A stretch of DNA of 64,000 nt from an uncultured virus (IMG/VR IMGVR_UViG_3300029305_007917) (taxonomy: Duplodnaviria; Heunggongvirae; Uroviricota; Caudoviricetes): IMG/VR virus record IMGVR_UViG_3300029305_007917; one strand, given 5' to 3'. Under the pieces are notes generated by a model. That model worked only from the letters and a program-made list of their open reading frames with translations. It was not told the DNA's origin and searched no databases. Shown here piece after piece: positions 9,443 through 19,788 of the stretch (position 1 is the first letter of the stretch; each line of letters opens with the position of its first letter). Position numbers and translations under genes: made by a program.

Positions 9443-9835
9443 ATGAAAATCACTTACACATTTGCAAACGGAGACACATCAACAGTTGAGGTAAATGAAG
9501 CCTTGGGAGAGGTCATTCTTGAATTCAACAAAGAAGAATACAACAACGACCACAAAGAAACTCGCAGGCACACGCATCTTGATACTGAACTTGAACATTC
9601 GGATTGGTTAGCAGTTGATGATGAGTACATATCTTCACTTTTTGCTGAACCCTCCAAAACTGACATCCTCCGGGTAGCCATAAAAACATTGAAACCGAAA
9701 CAACAGGATTTATTGAAAGCGTTGTTCTATGACGGTATGACTCAAGAGCAGTACGCAACAAAAATGGGCGTCAGTCAGGTGGCAATACATAAGCAATTAC
9801 AAACAATTTTGAAAAAATTAAAAAAATTTTTTTGA
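9443..9835 (+). CDS. Sigma-70 region 4 / ECF-like transcription factor
   Basis: LKPKQQDLLKALFYDGMTQEQYATKMGVSQVAIHK. Confidence 0.8.
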   Translation: MKITYTFANGDTSTVEVNEALGEVILEFNKEEYNNDHKETRRHTHLDTELEHSDWLAVDDEYISSLFAEPSKTDILRVAIKTLKPKQQDLLKALFYDGMTQEQYATKMGVSQVAIHKQLQTILKKLKKFF

Positions 9836-9914
9836 AAAAGGTTATATTTTGCCCCTTTTTCTGGCTATAGGTGAAAGGCATAAAAAATCCGCCTTTCGGA
9901 AAGGTGAATATCCA

Positions 9915-10145
9915 ATGAACAAGCAGAGCGTTTGTGTGAATATCACACAGCCCAACGGAACAAGTTGCACAGTGCTTAAAGCAAAAGAGCGAAACATCCG
10001 CGAGCGTTTCCTTTCTGCCCTTTTCGGTAAAAAGGTAAAACTCCTCATTGTTTCACCTTGCGACTCTGTTCAGCAAATCACAATCAAAGAAAACAAAGGA
10101 GGTTCAAACGATGACACCAACAGAAGCATTGATTCAGGTTGCTAA
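9915..10145 (+). CDS. Phage hypothetical protein
   Basis: ATG 9915 after AAGGTG; first gene of the replication operon. Confidence 0.55.
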   Translation: MNKQSVCVNITQPNGTSCTVLKAKERNIRERFLSALFGKKVKLLIVSPCDSVQQITIKENKGGSNDDTNRSIDSGC

Positions 10146-10446
10146 AGACTTGCATCACCTTGCTAACACTCTTGAGTTGTTAGTGAATGTACCAAATGCC
10201 GAGTACATTCCTACCGATGACGATACTAACATTCCTACAGTTGAGGAAACACCGGTAGCTGAAACATCGGTTGAAGATGACCACGGCATAACTCTTGAGC
10301 AAATCCGTACAGTACTTCAGAAGAAATCCCGTTCAGGGCTTCGCAATGAAGTAAATAATCTCATTTTAGCTTTCGGTGTAACACAGTTATCCGATGTGCC
10401 ATATGACAAATACCCGGAATTGCTCCTTGCGGCGGAGGAAATGTAG
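10111..10446 (+). CDS. Phage hypothetical protein preceding DUF2800
   Basis: ATG 10111 after AGGAGG; ITLEQIRTVL...YPELL C-terminal motif typical of this module. Confidence 0.7.
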   Translation: MTPTEALIQVAKDLHHLANTLELLVNVPNAEYIPTDDDTNIPTVEETPVAETSVEDDHGITLEQIRTVLQKKSRSGLRNEVNNLILAFGVTQLSDVPYDKYPELLLAAEEM

Positions 10447-10448
10447 CT

Positions 10449-11579
10449 ATGAGTGAACATGCAATTTTATCAGCTTCAAGTTCCCACAGATGGCTCAATT
10501 GCACACCATCTGCTCGATTGGAATTGGAGTATGAGGACAATGAAAGTCCGGCTGCAGCCGAAGGCACTGCGGCACACGCCCTTGCCGAATACAAGCTCAA
10601 AAGAGCTTTGAAAAAAAGAGCAAAGAAGCCTATTTCAGAATATGACTCCGAGGAGATGGACAAGCACACAGATGATTACGTGTCATTCGTCCTTGAGAAG
10701 TATGAAGAAGCAAAGCAGAATTGCAAAGACCCTGAAGTTCTTATTGAACAGAGACTTGATTTTTCCGACTATGTGCCTGACGGTTTCGGTACAGGTGATG
10801 CAGTTATTCTTGCTGATAGAACTCTCTACATAGTGGATTTCAAGTATGGACAAGGTGTCGTTGTTGATGCCTACCAAAATCCACAGATGATGCTTTATGC
10901 TCTCGGTGCCCTTACGCAGTTTGGAATGCTTTATAACATTGAAGAAATCTCAATGTCCATATTCCAACCAAGACGAGAGAATGTGTCAACATGGACTATC
11001 AAATGGAATGAACTCCTCAATTGGGCTAACAACTTCTTAAAGCCTAAAGCAGAAGAAGCCTACAACGGTACAGGAGAGTATTGTTCCGGTGAATGGTGTC
11101 GTTTCTGCAAGGCATCTGTGAAATGCAGAGCAAGAGCTGAACGACATTTAGAACTTGCGAAGTACGAATTCAAACAACCTCCTGTTCTTGATGACATCGA
11201 GATTGAATGCATCTTACCGGTACTTGCCGATTTCAGTGCGTGGGCTAATAGTTTGATTGCTTACGCTGAAGCAAAGGCAATAAACGAAGGTAAGAAATGG
11301 GCAGGTTACAAAGTTGTAGCCGGTCGTTCTGTTCGTAAATTCACCGATGAAAAGGCTGTGGTTAAAGCTGCCGAACAAGCGGGTTACACCGATATTTACA
11401 AGAAGAGTCTCATCACCCTTACAGAGTTTGAAAAGCTGATGGGTAAAGAAACATTCAGAGAAATTCTTGGTCAGTTCGTTACAAAGCCTGCCGGTAAATT
11501 AACTCTTGTTCCTAATACGGACAAGCGTCCAGAAGTGGACACCTCAACAGCAAAACAGATATTTGAAGAAAACATTTAA
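10449..11579 (+). CDS. DUF2800 family Cas4-like PD-(D/E)XK exonuclease
   Basis: HAILSASSSHRWLNCTPS, FGTGDA, VDFKYG, WCRFCKA. Confidence 0.85.
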   Translation: MSEHAILSASSSHRWLNCTPSARLELEYEDNESPAAAEGTAAHALAEYKLKRALKKRAKKPISEYDSEEMDKHTDDYVSFVLEKYEEAKQNCKDPEVLIEQRLDFSDYVPDGFGTGDAVILADRTLYIVDFKYGQGVVVDAYQNPQMMLYALGALTQFGMLYNIEEISMSIFQPRRENVSTWTIKWNELLNWANNFLKPKAEEAYNGTGEYCSGEWCRFCKASVKCRARAERHLELAKYEFKQPPVLDDIEIECILPVLADFSAWANSLIAYAEAKAINEGKKWAGYKVVAGRSVRKFTDEKAVVKAAEQAGYTDIYKKSLITLTEFEKLMGKETFREILGQFVTKPAGKLTLVPNTDKRPEVDTSTAKQIFEENI

Positions 11580-11594
11580 AAGGAGAAAACGACT

Positions 11595-12146
11595 ATGAGT
11601 GAAAGAATTATAACAGGAAAGGTTCGCCTTTCATATGCAAATGTATGGGAAGCAAAGTCAATCAACGAAGGTGCTGCAAAGTATACTTGCTCCCTTATTA
11701 TTTCCAAATCCGACAAAGAAACTCTCGACAAAATCAAGAGAGCTTACGACCTTGCTCTTAAGGAAGGTGTTCAGAAATTCGGTGCAAAAACATTTAACGA
11801 AAAGAATATCACTTTCCCTGTACATGATGGTGACGTAAAGAAAAGTGATGATGAAGCTTATGCTAATTCATATTACATTAACACATCAAGCTATCAGGCA
11901 CCCGGTATCGTGGATATTTATGGTAGCACAATTACTGACCAAACACAGGTATACAGTGGCTGTTACGCTCGTGTAGCTATCACTGTTTATCCTTTCGTCC
12001 GCAACGGCAATAAAGGTGTTGCTTTCGGATTACAGCACATACAGAAATTAAGTGATGGTGAACCTTTAGGTGGCAGAAGTTCTGCAGCTGAAACATTCAA
12101 GGATTATATCGAAAATCCTGAAGATAACGAAGACTTCCTTCGCTAA
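11595..12146 (+). CDS. DUF2815 family single-stranded DNA-binding protein
   Basis: VRLSYANVWE, YSGCYARV, GNKGVAFGL, DGEPLGG, acidic tail. Confidence 0.85.
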   Translation: MSERIITGKVRLSYANVWEAKSINEGAAKYTCSLIISKSDKETLDKIKRAYDLALKEGVQKFGAKTFNEKNITFPVHDGDVKKSDDEAYANSYYINTSSYQAPGIVDIYGSTITDQTQVYSGCYARVAITVYPFVRNGNKGVAFGLQHIQKLSDGEPLGGRSSAAETFKDYIENPEDNEDFLR

Positions 12147-12195
12147 AAAACAGAGAGGTGGCGGGGTTTTGCTCCGTCACCTTTTGGAGGTTACT

Positions 12196-14127
12196 ATGAA
12201 GAAATTATCTATTGATATTGAGACTTTCTCATCTGTTGACCTTACGAAGTCCGGTGTTTATAAATACGCAGAAGCTGACGATTTTGAAATACTTCTCTTC
12301 TCATATGCAATTGACGATGGTGAGGTTAAGTTAGTAGATTTCACTGCCGGTGAAACATTGCCGAGAGCTGTCTTTGATGCTTTGTTTGACACTTCAATTG
12401 AGAAGTGGGCATTCAACGCGCAGTTTGAAAGGATATGTATTTCCCGATACTTCCTTCGGACAATAGAGCCTAACAGTTGGCGTTGCTCAATGGTATGGTC
12501 TGCTACCTTGGGACTTCCGATGTCCCTTCGTGGTGTTGGTGCTGTTCTCGGCTTGGATAAGCAGAAAATGGAAGAAGGTAAAGAACTCATCCGTTACTTC
12601 TGTACTCCTTGTAAGCCGACAAAAGCCAACGGAAATCGTACTCGCAATTTACCAGAACACGCCCCAGAAAAATGGGAGCTATTCAAGGCATACAACATTC
12701 GAGATGTTGAAGTTGAAATATCTATTCAGCAACGCTTATCAAAGTTCCCGGTGTCACAAGCTGAATGGCAGAATTATGCTCTCGACCAAGTTATAAATGA
12801 CAGAGGCATTCTGCTTGACTTACAGCTCGTGAAGTCCGCCATTGACTGTGACACACGTTTCAAAAGTACACATTTAGCCGAAGCACAGAACCTTACAGGT
12901 TTAGAAAACCCTAATTCGGTGCAACAGCTCACTTCGTGGTTGCAAGAAAACGGAGTAGTAACAGAGAGTTTGAACAAAGCCTCTGTTAAAGAACTGATAG
13001 AGAACTCTGATGGTGATATACAGCGAATGCTTGAACTCCGTCAGCAGTTATCGAAGTCCTCTGTTAAGAAGTACGAAGCAATGGAGTGCTGTGCTTGTGG
13101 CGATAACAGAGCTCACGGACTTATTCAGTTTTATGGTACTCGCACCGGTAGGTATGCAGGTCGATTGGTTCAAGTACAGAATCTACCACAAAACCATCTC
13201 CCGGAATTGGCACAAGCAAGAGAAAGTTTGAAACAAGGTCATTATGCTGAACTTGAGAAATTCGGTGCAACACCGAATGTACTTTCAGAACTCATTAGGA
13301 CAGCCTTTATACCTAAAGATGGGTGTCTTTTCTATGTAGCGGACTTCGCAGCTATTGAAGCTCGTGTCATAGCGTGGTTCGCAGGTGAACATTGGCGTAC
13401 CGAGGTTTTCAAAAATGGCGGTGACATTTATTGTGCTTCTGCATCGCAGATGTTTAAAGTACCGGTTGAAAAACACGGTGTCAATTCCCATTTAAGAGCC
13501 AAGGGCAAAATTGCTGAATTAGCACTCGGTTATGGTGGCTCTGTTGGAGCATTATCCGCTATGGGTGCAATCCAAATGGGTGTGAAAGAAAACGAACTGC
13601 TTCCGCTTGTTACAGCTTGGCGAGAAGCAAACCCCAATATCACCCGTTTTTGGTGGGATGTTGACAAAGCTGTAAAAAAAGCAATCCGTGAAAAAACTAC
13701 TGTGGGTTTCGGTTCACTGACTTTCAGCTATCAAAGTGGCATCTTATTCATCAAGTTACCATCAGGTAGAAATATTGCTTATGTGAAACCGAAAATCGAA
13801 GAAAACTCATACGGACAAATGTCAGTTACCTACGAAGGTGTAGGCACAAGTAAGAAGTGGATGCGTATCGAAAGCTACGGTCCGAAATTTGTTGAAAATA
13901 TCGTACAGGCTACGGCTCGTGACATCCTTGCCGAAGCTATGGTGCGACTTGAAAAACAAGGCTACCCGATTGTAATGCATGTTCACGATGAGGTTGTTGT
14001 TGAAGCTCCTAAAGGTGAATCACTCGACACAATTTGTGAACTTATGGCAGAGGTCCCCTCTTGGGGTGAAGGTTTAATCCTTCGTGCAGATGGCTTTGTT
14101 ACAGAGTTTTATAAAAAGGATGATTGA
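12196..14127 (+). CDS. Phage DNA polymerase, family A
   Basis: Exo I DIETFS, RTGRYAG, motif A DFAAIEARV, motif B KIAELALGYG, motif C HVHDE; ATG 12196 after GGAGG. Confidence 0.93.
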   Translation: MKKLSIDIETFSSVDLTKSGVYKYAEADDFEILLFSYAIDDGEVKLVDFTAGETLPRAVFDALFDTSIEKWAFNAQFERICISRYFLRTIEPNSWRCSMVWSATLGLPMSLRGVGAVLGLDKQKMEEGKELIRYFCTPCKPTKANGNRTRNLPEHAPEKWELFKAYNIRDVEVEISIQQRLSKFPVSQAEWQNYALDQVINDRGILLDLQLVKSAIDCDTRFKSTHLAEAQNLTGLENPNSVQQLTSWLQENGVVTESLNKASVKELIENSDGDIQRMLELRQQLSKSSVKKYEAMECCACGDNRAHGLIQFYGTRTGRYAGRLVQVQNLPQNHLPELAQARESLKQGHYAELEKFGATPNVLSELIRTAFIPKDGCLFYVADFAAIEARVIAWFAGEHWRTEVFKNGGDIYCASASQMFKVPVEKHGVNSHLRAKGKIAELALGYGGSVGALSAMGAIQMGVKENELLPLVTAWREANPNITRFWWDVDKAVKKAIREKTTVGFGSLTFSYQSGILFIKLPSGRNIAYVKPKIEENSYGQMSVTYEGVGTSKKWMRIESYGPKFVENIVQATARDILAEAMVRLEKQGYPIVMHVHDEVVVEAPKGESLDTICELMAEVPSWGEGLILRADGFVTEFYKKDD

Positions 14128-14330
14128 TTATGACTTTGAAATTGAAAGAAATAAGAGAGCGACTCGGTATATCACAGGAAGATGTTGCAAAAGAACTCTG
14201 TTGTTCCCTCCGTACACTCCGTAAATGGGAATCAGGCAAATCAGAGCCCTCACTCACAATGCTCTGTATGTTAGCTAACTACTTTCTTTGTTCTACTGAT
14301 GCTCTTCTTGGTAGAGGTGAAAATAAATGA
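14124..14330 (+). CDS. XRE-family HTH protein
   Basis: ISQEDVAKELCCSLRTLRKWESGKSEP. Confidence 0.8.
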   Translation: MIMTLKLKEIRERLGISQEDVAKELCCSLRTLRKWESGKSEPSLTMLCMLANYFLCSTDALLGRGENK

Positions 14331-16702
14331 TAAAAATTGCAATCGGTAATTCCCGTATGGATAAGAAGTGGAAGAACATCGAGATGACTTGGGAAGAGTT
14401 CGTATCGAGAATTTCCACTACCAAAAGAACCACGGAAACTGTCGAAGAATATCGTAAATTGAAGAAAGGTAAACAGGATTCAATTAAGGATGTCGGTGGT
14501 TTCGTGGGCGGTCACCTTAAGGAAGGCAGAAGAAAGAATGGCTATGTTAACGAGCGTTCTCTTCTCACCCTTGATATGGACTATGGTGAACCCGGCATTT
14601 GGGATGAAATCAAAATGCTTCATTCCTTCAAATGTGCTGTGTATTCCACACATAAGCACACACCCGAAAAGCCACGTTTGAGACTTATCATTCCGATGTC
14701 TCGCACGATTTCCGAAGATGAATACCCGGCGGTTGCAAGAATGGTAGCCAAGGATATCGGAATTGACCTTTTTGATGACACAACCTACGAACCCGCAAGA
14801 CTTATGTATTGGGCGTCCACATCATCAAATGGTGAATTCTTCTTTGACCACAAGGATGGTGAACTTCTCAATCCTGACGATTACCTTTCAAGGTATAAGG
14901 ATTGGCGTGATGTTACATCGTGGGCAATGTCCTCAAGACAGTCGGAAATCGTAAAACGCAGTATGTCAAGACAGGCTGACCCTCTTGAAAAGGATGGTGC
15001 TGTCGGTGCTTTCTGCCGTACCTACACAGTTGATGAAGCTATCAGTACATTCCTTGCTGATATTTATGAACCAAGTGCTATGGAAGGCAGATACGATTAT
15101 ATCCCTGCTGACTCATCTGCAGGTGTGTGCATCTACGATGGCAAGTTCGCATTCTCACACCACGCAACAGACCCTGCGTGTGGCAGACTCCTTAATGCAT
15201 TTGACCTTGTAAGGATTCACTTGTTCGGAAACCTTGACCTTGACAGCAAGGAAGACACGACCCCGGCAAGACTCCCTTCATTCAAGGCTATGCAGGAACT
15301 CGCAATTAACGATGATGCAGTTAAGCTCACACTTGCTGATGAACGAAACCGTGAGGCATCAATTATTTTTACAACAACAGAAACTGTTGAAAATTGGGAA
15401 GCCGACCTTGAACTTGAAAAGAATGGCGCTATTAAGGACACCCTTTCCAATATCGCACTCATCGTACAGCACGATGAAGGCTTACAAAACATCGTTTACA
15501 ATCAGCACACTCACGCTATTGATGTTATTGGTGAGCTTCCTTGGAAACAAGTAAAACCCGGTTGGAGTGATTCTGATATTGCAAACGCAAAAATCTATTT
15601 TGAACGGAAATACAAAATATGGTCACCTACCAAATTTAAAGATGCTTTGATAGGTACTGTTTCAACTTGTCGTGTAGTCCATCCATTGAAAGATTACTTA
15701 TCTTCACTCGAGTGGGACGGAGTGCCACGTGTTGAAACGCTGCTCATCAAATACCTCGGCGCTGATGACACCCCATATGTAAGAGCTGTAACAAAGAAAA
15801 CTTGCTGTGCAGCTGTTGGTCGTGTTTTTGAACCGGGCATTAAATTCGACTCCGTCCTTGTTTTGAATGGTGAGCAAGGTTTAGGTAAATCCACCTTCTT
15901 TTTTCAACTCGGCGGTAAGTGGTACTCCGACTCACTTACTGTTCCAGATATGAAAGATAAAACGGCTGCCGAAAAATTAAGTGGTTATTGGATTTTGGAA
16001 ATTGGTGAATTGGCGGGTCTTAAGAAAATGGACGTTGAAACCGTTAAATCATTCATTACCCGTACCGATGATAAGTTCCGTCAGTCCTATGGCACTATGG
16101 TTGAAAGTCATCCAAGAAGTTGCATCATCGTTGGTACTACAAATAACGAAGACGGCTTCCTTCGTGATATCTCAGGTAACAGACGATTCTGGCCCGTAAA
16201 TGTAACCGGCAAGGGCGAGTTCTATCCTTGGGAACTTGATAAAGAAACTGTCGACCAAGTATGGGCAGAAGCAAAGGTTCTCTTTGAAAATGGTGAGCCT
16301 TTATTCCTTACAGGTAAAGTGGCGGAAATGGCTCGTGAGAGTCAGAAGGCTGCGATGGAACAAGACCCTCGTCAAGGTATTGTTGAAGAATACCTTAATA
16401 AGCTCTTGCCTGAAAATTGGGACGATATGGATTTATTCCAACGTAGAGCATTTCTCTATGGCTCGGATTTTGACACCGTGCATAAAGAAGGTACTGTTCG
16501 TAGGGATAGAGTTTGTGTTATTGAAATTTGGTGTGAATGCTTTGGAAAGCAACGTGAAAACATCAAAAAAGCGGACTCCTATGAAATCGAAGGCATCCTA
16601 CAGAAGATTAAGGGTTGGCAGAAATATACCGGAAATAAATCTAACAAGATGCGTTTTGGTGATTATGGCGTTCAGAAAGGATATGTGCGTACTGAAAAGT
16701 AG
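14327..16702 (+). CDS. Primase-helicase (virulence-associated protein E family)
   Basis: N-terminal LDMD/STHKH primase-polymerase motifs; GEQGLGKST, EIGEL, GTTN, GNRRFWP. Confidence 0.88.
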   Translation: MIKIAIGNSRMDKKWKNIEMTWEEFVSRISTTKRTTETVEEYRKLKKGKQDSIKDVGGFVGGHLKEGRRKNGYVNERSLLTLDMDYGEPGIWDEIKMLHSFKCAVYSTHKHTPEKPRLRLIIPMSRTISEDEYPAVARMVAKDIGIDLFDDTTYEPARLMYWASTSSNGEFFFDHKDGELLNPDDYLSRYKDWRDVTSWAMSSRQSEIVKRSMSRQADPLEKDGAVGAFCRTYTVDEAISTFLADIYEPSAMEGRYDYIPADSSAGVCIYDGKFAFSHHATDPACGRLLNAFDLVRIHLFGNLDLDSKEDTTPARLPSFKAMQELAINDDAVKLTLADERNREASIIFTTTETVENWEADLELEKNGAIKDTLSNIALIVQHDEGLQNIVYNQHTHAIDVIGELPWKQVKPGWSDSDIANAKIYFERKYKIWSPTKFKDALIGTVSTCRVVHPLKDYLSSLEWDGVPRVETLLIKYLGADDTPYVRAVTKKTCCAAVGRVFEPGIKFDSVLVLNGEQGLGKSTFFFQLGGKWYSDSLTVPDMKDKTAAEKLSGYWILEIGELAGLKKMDVETVKSFITRTDDKFRQSYGTMVESHPRSCIIVGTTNNEDGFLRDISGNRRFWPVNVTGKGEFYPWELDKETVDQVWAEAKVLFENGEPLFLTGKVAEMARESQKAAMEQDPRQGIVEEYLNKLLPENWDDMDLFQRRAFLYGSDFDTVHKEGTVRRDRVCVIEIWCECFGKQRENIKKADSYEIEGILQKIKGWQKYTGNKSNKMRFGDYGVQKGYVRTEK

Positions 16703-16926
16703 GCAACAGTGTTTCTTGAGGTCTTGAATGATTTTTGTTGGCGGTAGCTAATAAGAAACTCAAGTAGGCAACTTCCAAAACCCCTTATTTATCAAGGCGT
16801 GTTTACCATTTGTTTCTTATGTTTCCTATTTTCTATATTGAGTAATAAATAATATGTAAATAAAGGAAATAAGAAACACACATACATACACGTAGGAAAG
16901 GAATAAGGGGTTAAGAAACACAGCGG

Positions 16927-17217
16927 ATGGAAACTATGCTTGAAAAAGAGATTGAAAACAAGTTAACTGCTGAAGTCAAAAAGCGTGGTGGTCTCTGCCT
17001 TAAGTTTGTACCACTGTCCTTAAATGGTGTGCCTGACCGACTCGTGTTTTTTCCGAAAGGCAAGTTCGGATTTGTTGAGTTGAAAGCACCGGGCAAAAAA
17101 CTGCGACCACAACAGGAAAAGAGAAAAAGGCAATTAGAAACATTAGGATTTTTGGTGTTCAAGGTTGACACCAAAGAAATGATTGGAGGGATACTCGATG
17201 CAATACAAAGCTCATAA
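16927..17217 (+). CDS. VRR-NUC domain nuclease
   Basis: GVPDRL...FVELKAPG...Q. Confidence 0.88.
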   Translation: METMLEKEIENKLTAEVKKRGGLCLKFVPLSLNGVPDRLVFFPKGKFGFVELKAPGKKLRPQQEKRKRQLETLGFLVFKVDTKEMIGGILDAIQSS

Positions 17218-18562
17218 CTACCAAAGCTACTGCACAGAGTTTTTGAAGACACACTCCATAGCAGGTTTGTTTTTGGATTGTGGTCTCGGTAAAACGGTTA
17301 TTACCCTGACAGCAATCAACGACCTTCTGTTTAACAGCTTTGAAGTATCACGGGTTCTTATCATAGCCCCGTTAAGAGTAGCAAGAGATACATGGACTGC
17401 TGAAATTGAAAAATGGGAACACTTGAAAGGACTTACATACTCCGTTTGCATCGGTACTCCCACAGAACGATTCGCAGCTCTTTATAAGAAGGCTGACATT
17501 TACATCATCAATCGTGAAAATGTCCCGTGGTTGGTGGAGTCAGGAATGTTCAATTTTGATATGGTGGTTATTGATGAGCTGTCATCATTCAAGAGCCACA
17601 CTTCAAAAAGGTTCAAAGCTCTGCGTAAGGTAAGACCGAAAGTGAAAAGGATTGTTGGATTGACCGGTACTCCCGCTTCAAATGGTCTTATGGATTTATT
17701 CGCTGAAATACAACTGCTTGATATGGGTGAAAGGCTCGGAAGATATATCGGTGGTTTTCGTAACAGATACTTCACTCCTGACAAACGAAATCATCAAATC
17801 GTTTTTTCGTACAAGCCTATTGAAGGAGCAGAAGAAGCAATCTACGATAAGATTTCCGATATCTGCATTTCAATGCGAAGTTCCGATTACCTTCAAATGC
17901 CTGAACTGACAATTAACAATGTTGAAGTAAGGCTTTCCGAATCGGAAGAGAAACTTTACAGAACCCTCAAGCGTGATTTGATTCTTCCTTTCGCTGACGG
18001 AGATATTGATGCATCAACAGCTGCATCACTCTCCACAAAACTACACCAAATGGCTAATGGTGCGGTTTACGATGAGAACGGAAAGGTTAAACACATACAC
18101 GACCGAAAAATCGAGGCTCTCGAAGATTTGGTCGAGGCAGCAAACGGAAAACCCGTCCTTATTGCTTATTGGTTCAAGCACGACCTTGAGAGAATCACAA
18201 CAACAGTTAAATTCACAGCAAGGCACTTGAACACAGCACAAGATTTCAAGGATTGGAATGATGGCAAAATTCCTGTAGCACTAATTCACCCTGCATCGGC
18301 AGGACACGGCTTGAATTTGCAAAGTGGAGGTTCGACCCTCGTTTGGTTCGGTCTCACTTGGAGCTTGGAATTTTACCAACAGACAAACGCCCGTCTTTAT
18401 AGGCAGGGGCAGAAAGAATCAGTGGTGATTCACCACATAATTACGAAAGGTACTGTTGATGAGAAAGTTTTACGAGACCTCAACAGTAAAGATAAAACAC
18501 AAAATTCACTGCTTGAAGCAGTAAAAGCTGAAATCCGGGAGGTAACTAAAAATGGATGTTAA
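17198..18562 (+). CDS. SNF2-like helicase
   Basis: DCGLGKT, IDELS, LTGTP, SAGHGLNLQ, ARLYRQGQ. Confidence 0.9.
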   Translation: MQYKAHNYQSYCTEFLKTHSIAGLFLDCGLGKTVITLTAINDLLFNSFEVSRVLIIAPLRVARDTWTAEIEKWEHLKGLTYSVCIGTPTERFAALYKKADIYIINRENVPWLVESGMFNFDMVVIDELSSFKSHTSKRFKALRKVRPKVKRIVGLTGTPASNGLMDLFAEIQLLDMGERLGRYIGGFRNRYFTPDKRNHQIVFSYKPIEGAEEAIYDKISDICISMRSSDYLQMPELTINNVEVRLSESEEKLYRTLKRDLILPFADGDIDASTAASLSTKLHQMANGAVYDENGKVKHIHDRKIEALEDLVEAANGKPVLIAYWFKHDLERITTTVKFTARHLNTAQDFKDWNDGKIPVALIHPASAGHGLNLQSGGSTLVWFGLTWSLEFYQQTNARLYRQGQKESVVIHHIITKGTVDEKVLRDLNSKDKTQNSLLEAVKAEIREVTKNGC

Positions 18563-18980
18563 ACAGTACTTATCACAAGCTCATTATTTAGATATGTCAA
18601 TTGACTCAAAACTTGAGTTGTTATCAAAGCTTAACAGCCTTGCTACGAAAGCTACAGCAACTCTTTCTGATATGCCACACTCACCAAACCGTGGCAGTTC
18701 TTCTCTTGAAGATACTATCTGTAAGATTATTGATTTGCAAGACGAAATCAATCGTGATGTTGATGCTCTTGTTGATTTAAAGAGGGACATCATCAACCTT
18801 ATCAACAATCTTGTCAACGATGAGTACAAGGTGATTCTTGAGAAGCGTTATTTATCCTTTATGACGTGGGAAGAAATAATGGTTACAATGAATTATGGCA
18901 GAAGTCAAACATTTAAGATTCACGATGATGCTATAAAAAAAATTTCCGTTTTTTATAAAGAGCGGACTAAATCGGATTGA
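18552..18980 (+). CDS. RinA/ArpU-like late transcriptional activator
   Basis: YLSQA...ILEKRYL...WEEI...HDDAI; last gene before the packaging module. Confidence 0.75.
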   Translation: MDVKQYLSQAHYLDMSIDSKLELLSKLNSLATKATATLSDMPHSPNRGSSSLEDTICKIIDLQDEINRDVDALVDLKRDIINLINNLVNDEYKVILEKRYLSFMTWEEIMVTMNYGRSQTFKIHDDAIKKISVFYKERTKSD

Positions 18981-19012
18981 ATCGGACTATTGACTTATGA
19001 TATTATTATAAT
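18963..19012 (+). promoter_or_regulatory. Putative activator-dependent late promoter
   Basis: CGGAYT repeated three times at 10-bp period (18963, 18973, 18983) at the end of the activator gene, then TATAAT at 19007. Confidence 0.55.
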
Positions 19013-19089
19013 GAGGAAAGAAAATAAAGAAGGTCTTCACAGCGAAAGTTGTGGGGACTTTTTTTATACCCTCGAAAGGAGTGAATAAG

Positions 19090-19458
19090 ATGCCACGGAA
19101 ACCGAAGACACCGTGCAGATATCCCGGTTGCAAAATGCTTTGTGACGAAACCTACTGCGACCAACATAGAAGCACGGCTCATCGAGAGTACAACCGGTAC
19201 AAACGCTCCCCTGAATGTAACAAGCGATATGGAAGAGAATGGAGACGCATTAGAGAGCGCTACATTAAGGAACACCCCTTGTGTGAGAAATGCTTGTTGA
19301 AGGGCATCGTTAGACCGGTAGAGGAAGTCCACCACAAGACTCCGTTGGAAGATGGTGGTACGCACGACTTCTCAAACCTTATGAGTCTTTGCAAATCGTG
19401 TCACTCAAGTTTCACCTTATCAGCTACAAACAGTAAAAAGAAATACGAAGACAAGTGA
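19090..19458 (+). CDS. Terminase-associated HNH endonuclease
   Basis: CEKC...EVHH...GGTHDFSNLMSLCKSCH; upstream of terS. Confidence 0.88.
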   Translation: MPRKPKTPCRYPGCKMLCDETYCDQHRSTAHREYNRYKRSPECNKRYGREWRRIRERYIKEHPLCEKCLLKGIVRPVEEVHHKTPLEDGGTHDFSNLMSLCKSCHSSFTLSATNSKKKYEDK

Positions 19459-19468
19459 GGTAAAGTTT

Positions 19469-19573
19469 ATGGAAATCATCATGGCACTCATCTATACATT
19501 GGGACAGGGATTTTGTTTCAATGTGGTGCTTCCCATTTGGTACTTGGTAATGCAGTTTACTGAACTGTTATAA
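19469..19573 (+). CDS. 34-aa hydrophobic peptide
   Basis: GAGGT RBS then MEIIMALIYTLGQGFCFNVVLPIWYLVMQFTELL*. Confidence 0.4.
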   Translation: MEIIMALIYTLGQGFCFNVVLPIWYLVMQFTELL

Positions 19574-19577
19574 AAAG

Positions 19578-19660
19578 CCACCCGGTGGGGGTATCAAAAT
19601 CTCTACAGCTGTTCAATACGGACAGCGGCGCAGGGTCTTGTGTTAATTTTCGCAAAAGTT
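19578..19660. other. Probable cos/packaging-site region
   Basis: Non-coding gap between HNH and terS with GGGGGTATCAAAATCTCT...GCGGCGCAGGG, as typical of HK97-like cos phages; cut site not determined. Confidence 0.5.
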
Positions 19661-19788
19661 TTGCAGGGAATAGGCACAAAGTTTTAACAGCCACAATCCT
19701 TTTAGTTTCAAGGGTTGTGGCTTTCTTTATGCCCTGAAACTTATTACTTATTTTAGCTGAAAAAAGTTTTTTGAATGGAGGTATTGCT

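Noticed and set aside
10449..11579. Cas4 as evidence of a CRISPR system
   Set aside because: DUF2800-type nuclease in its normal phage replication context with SSB and PolA
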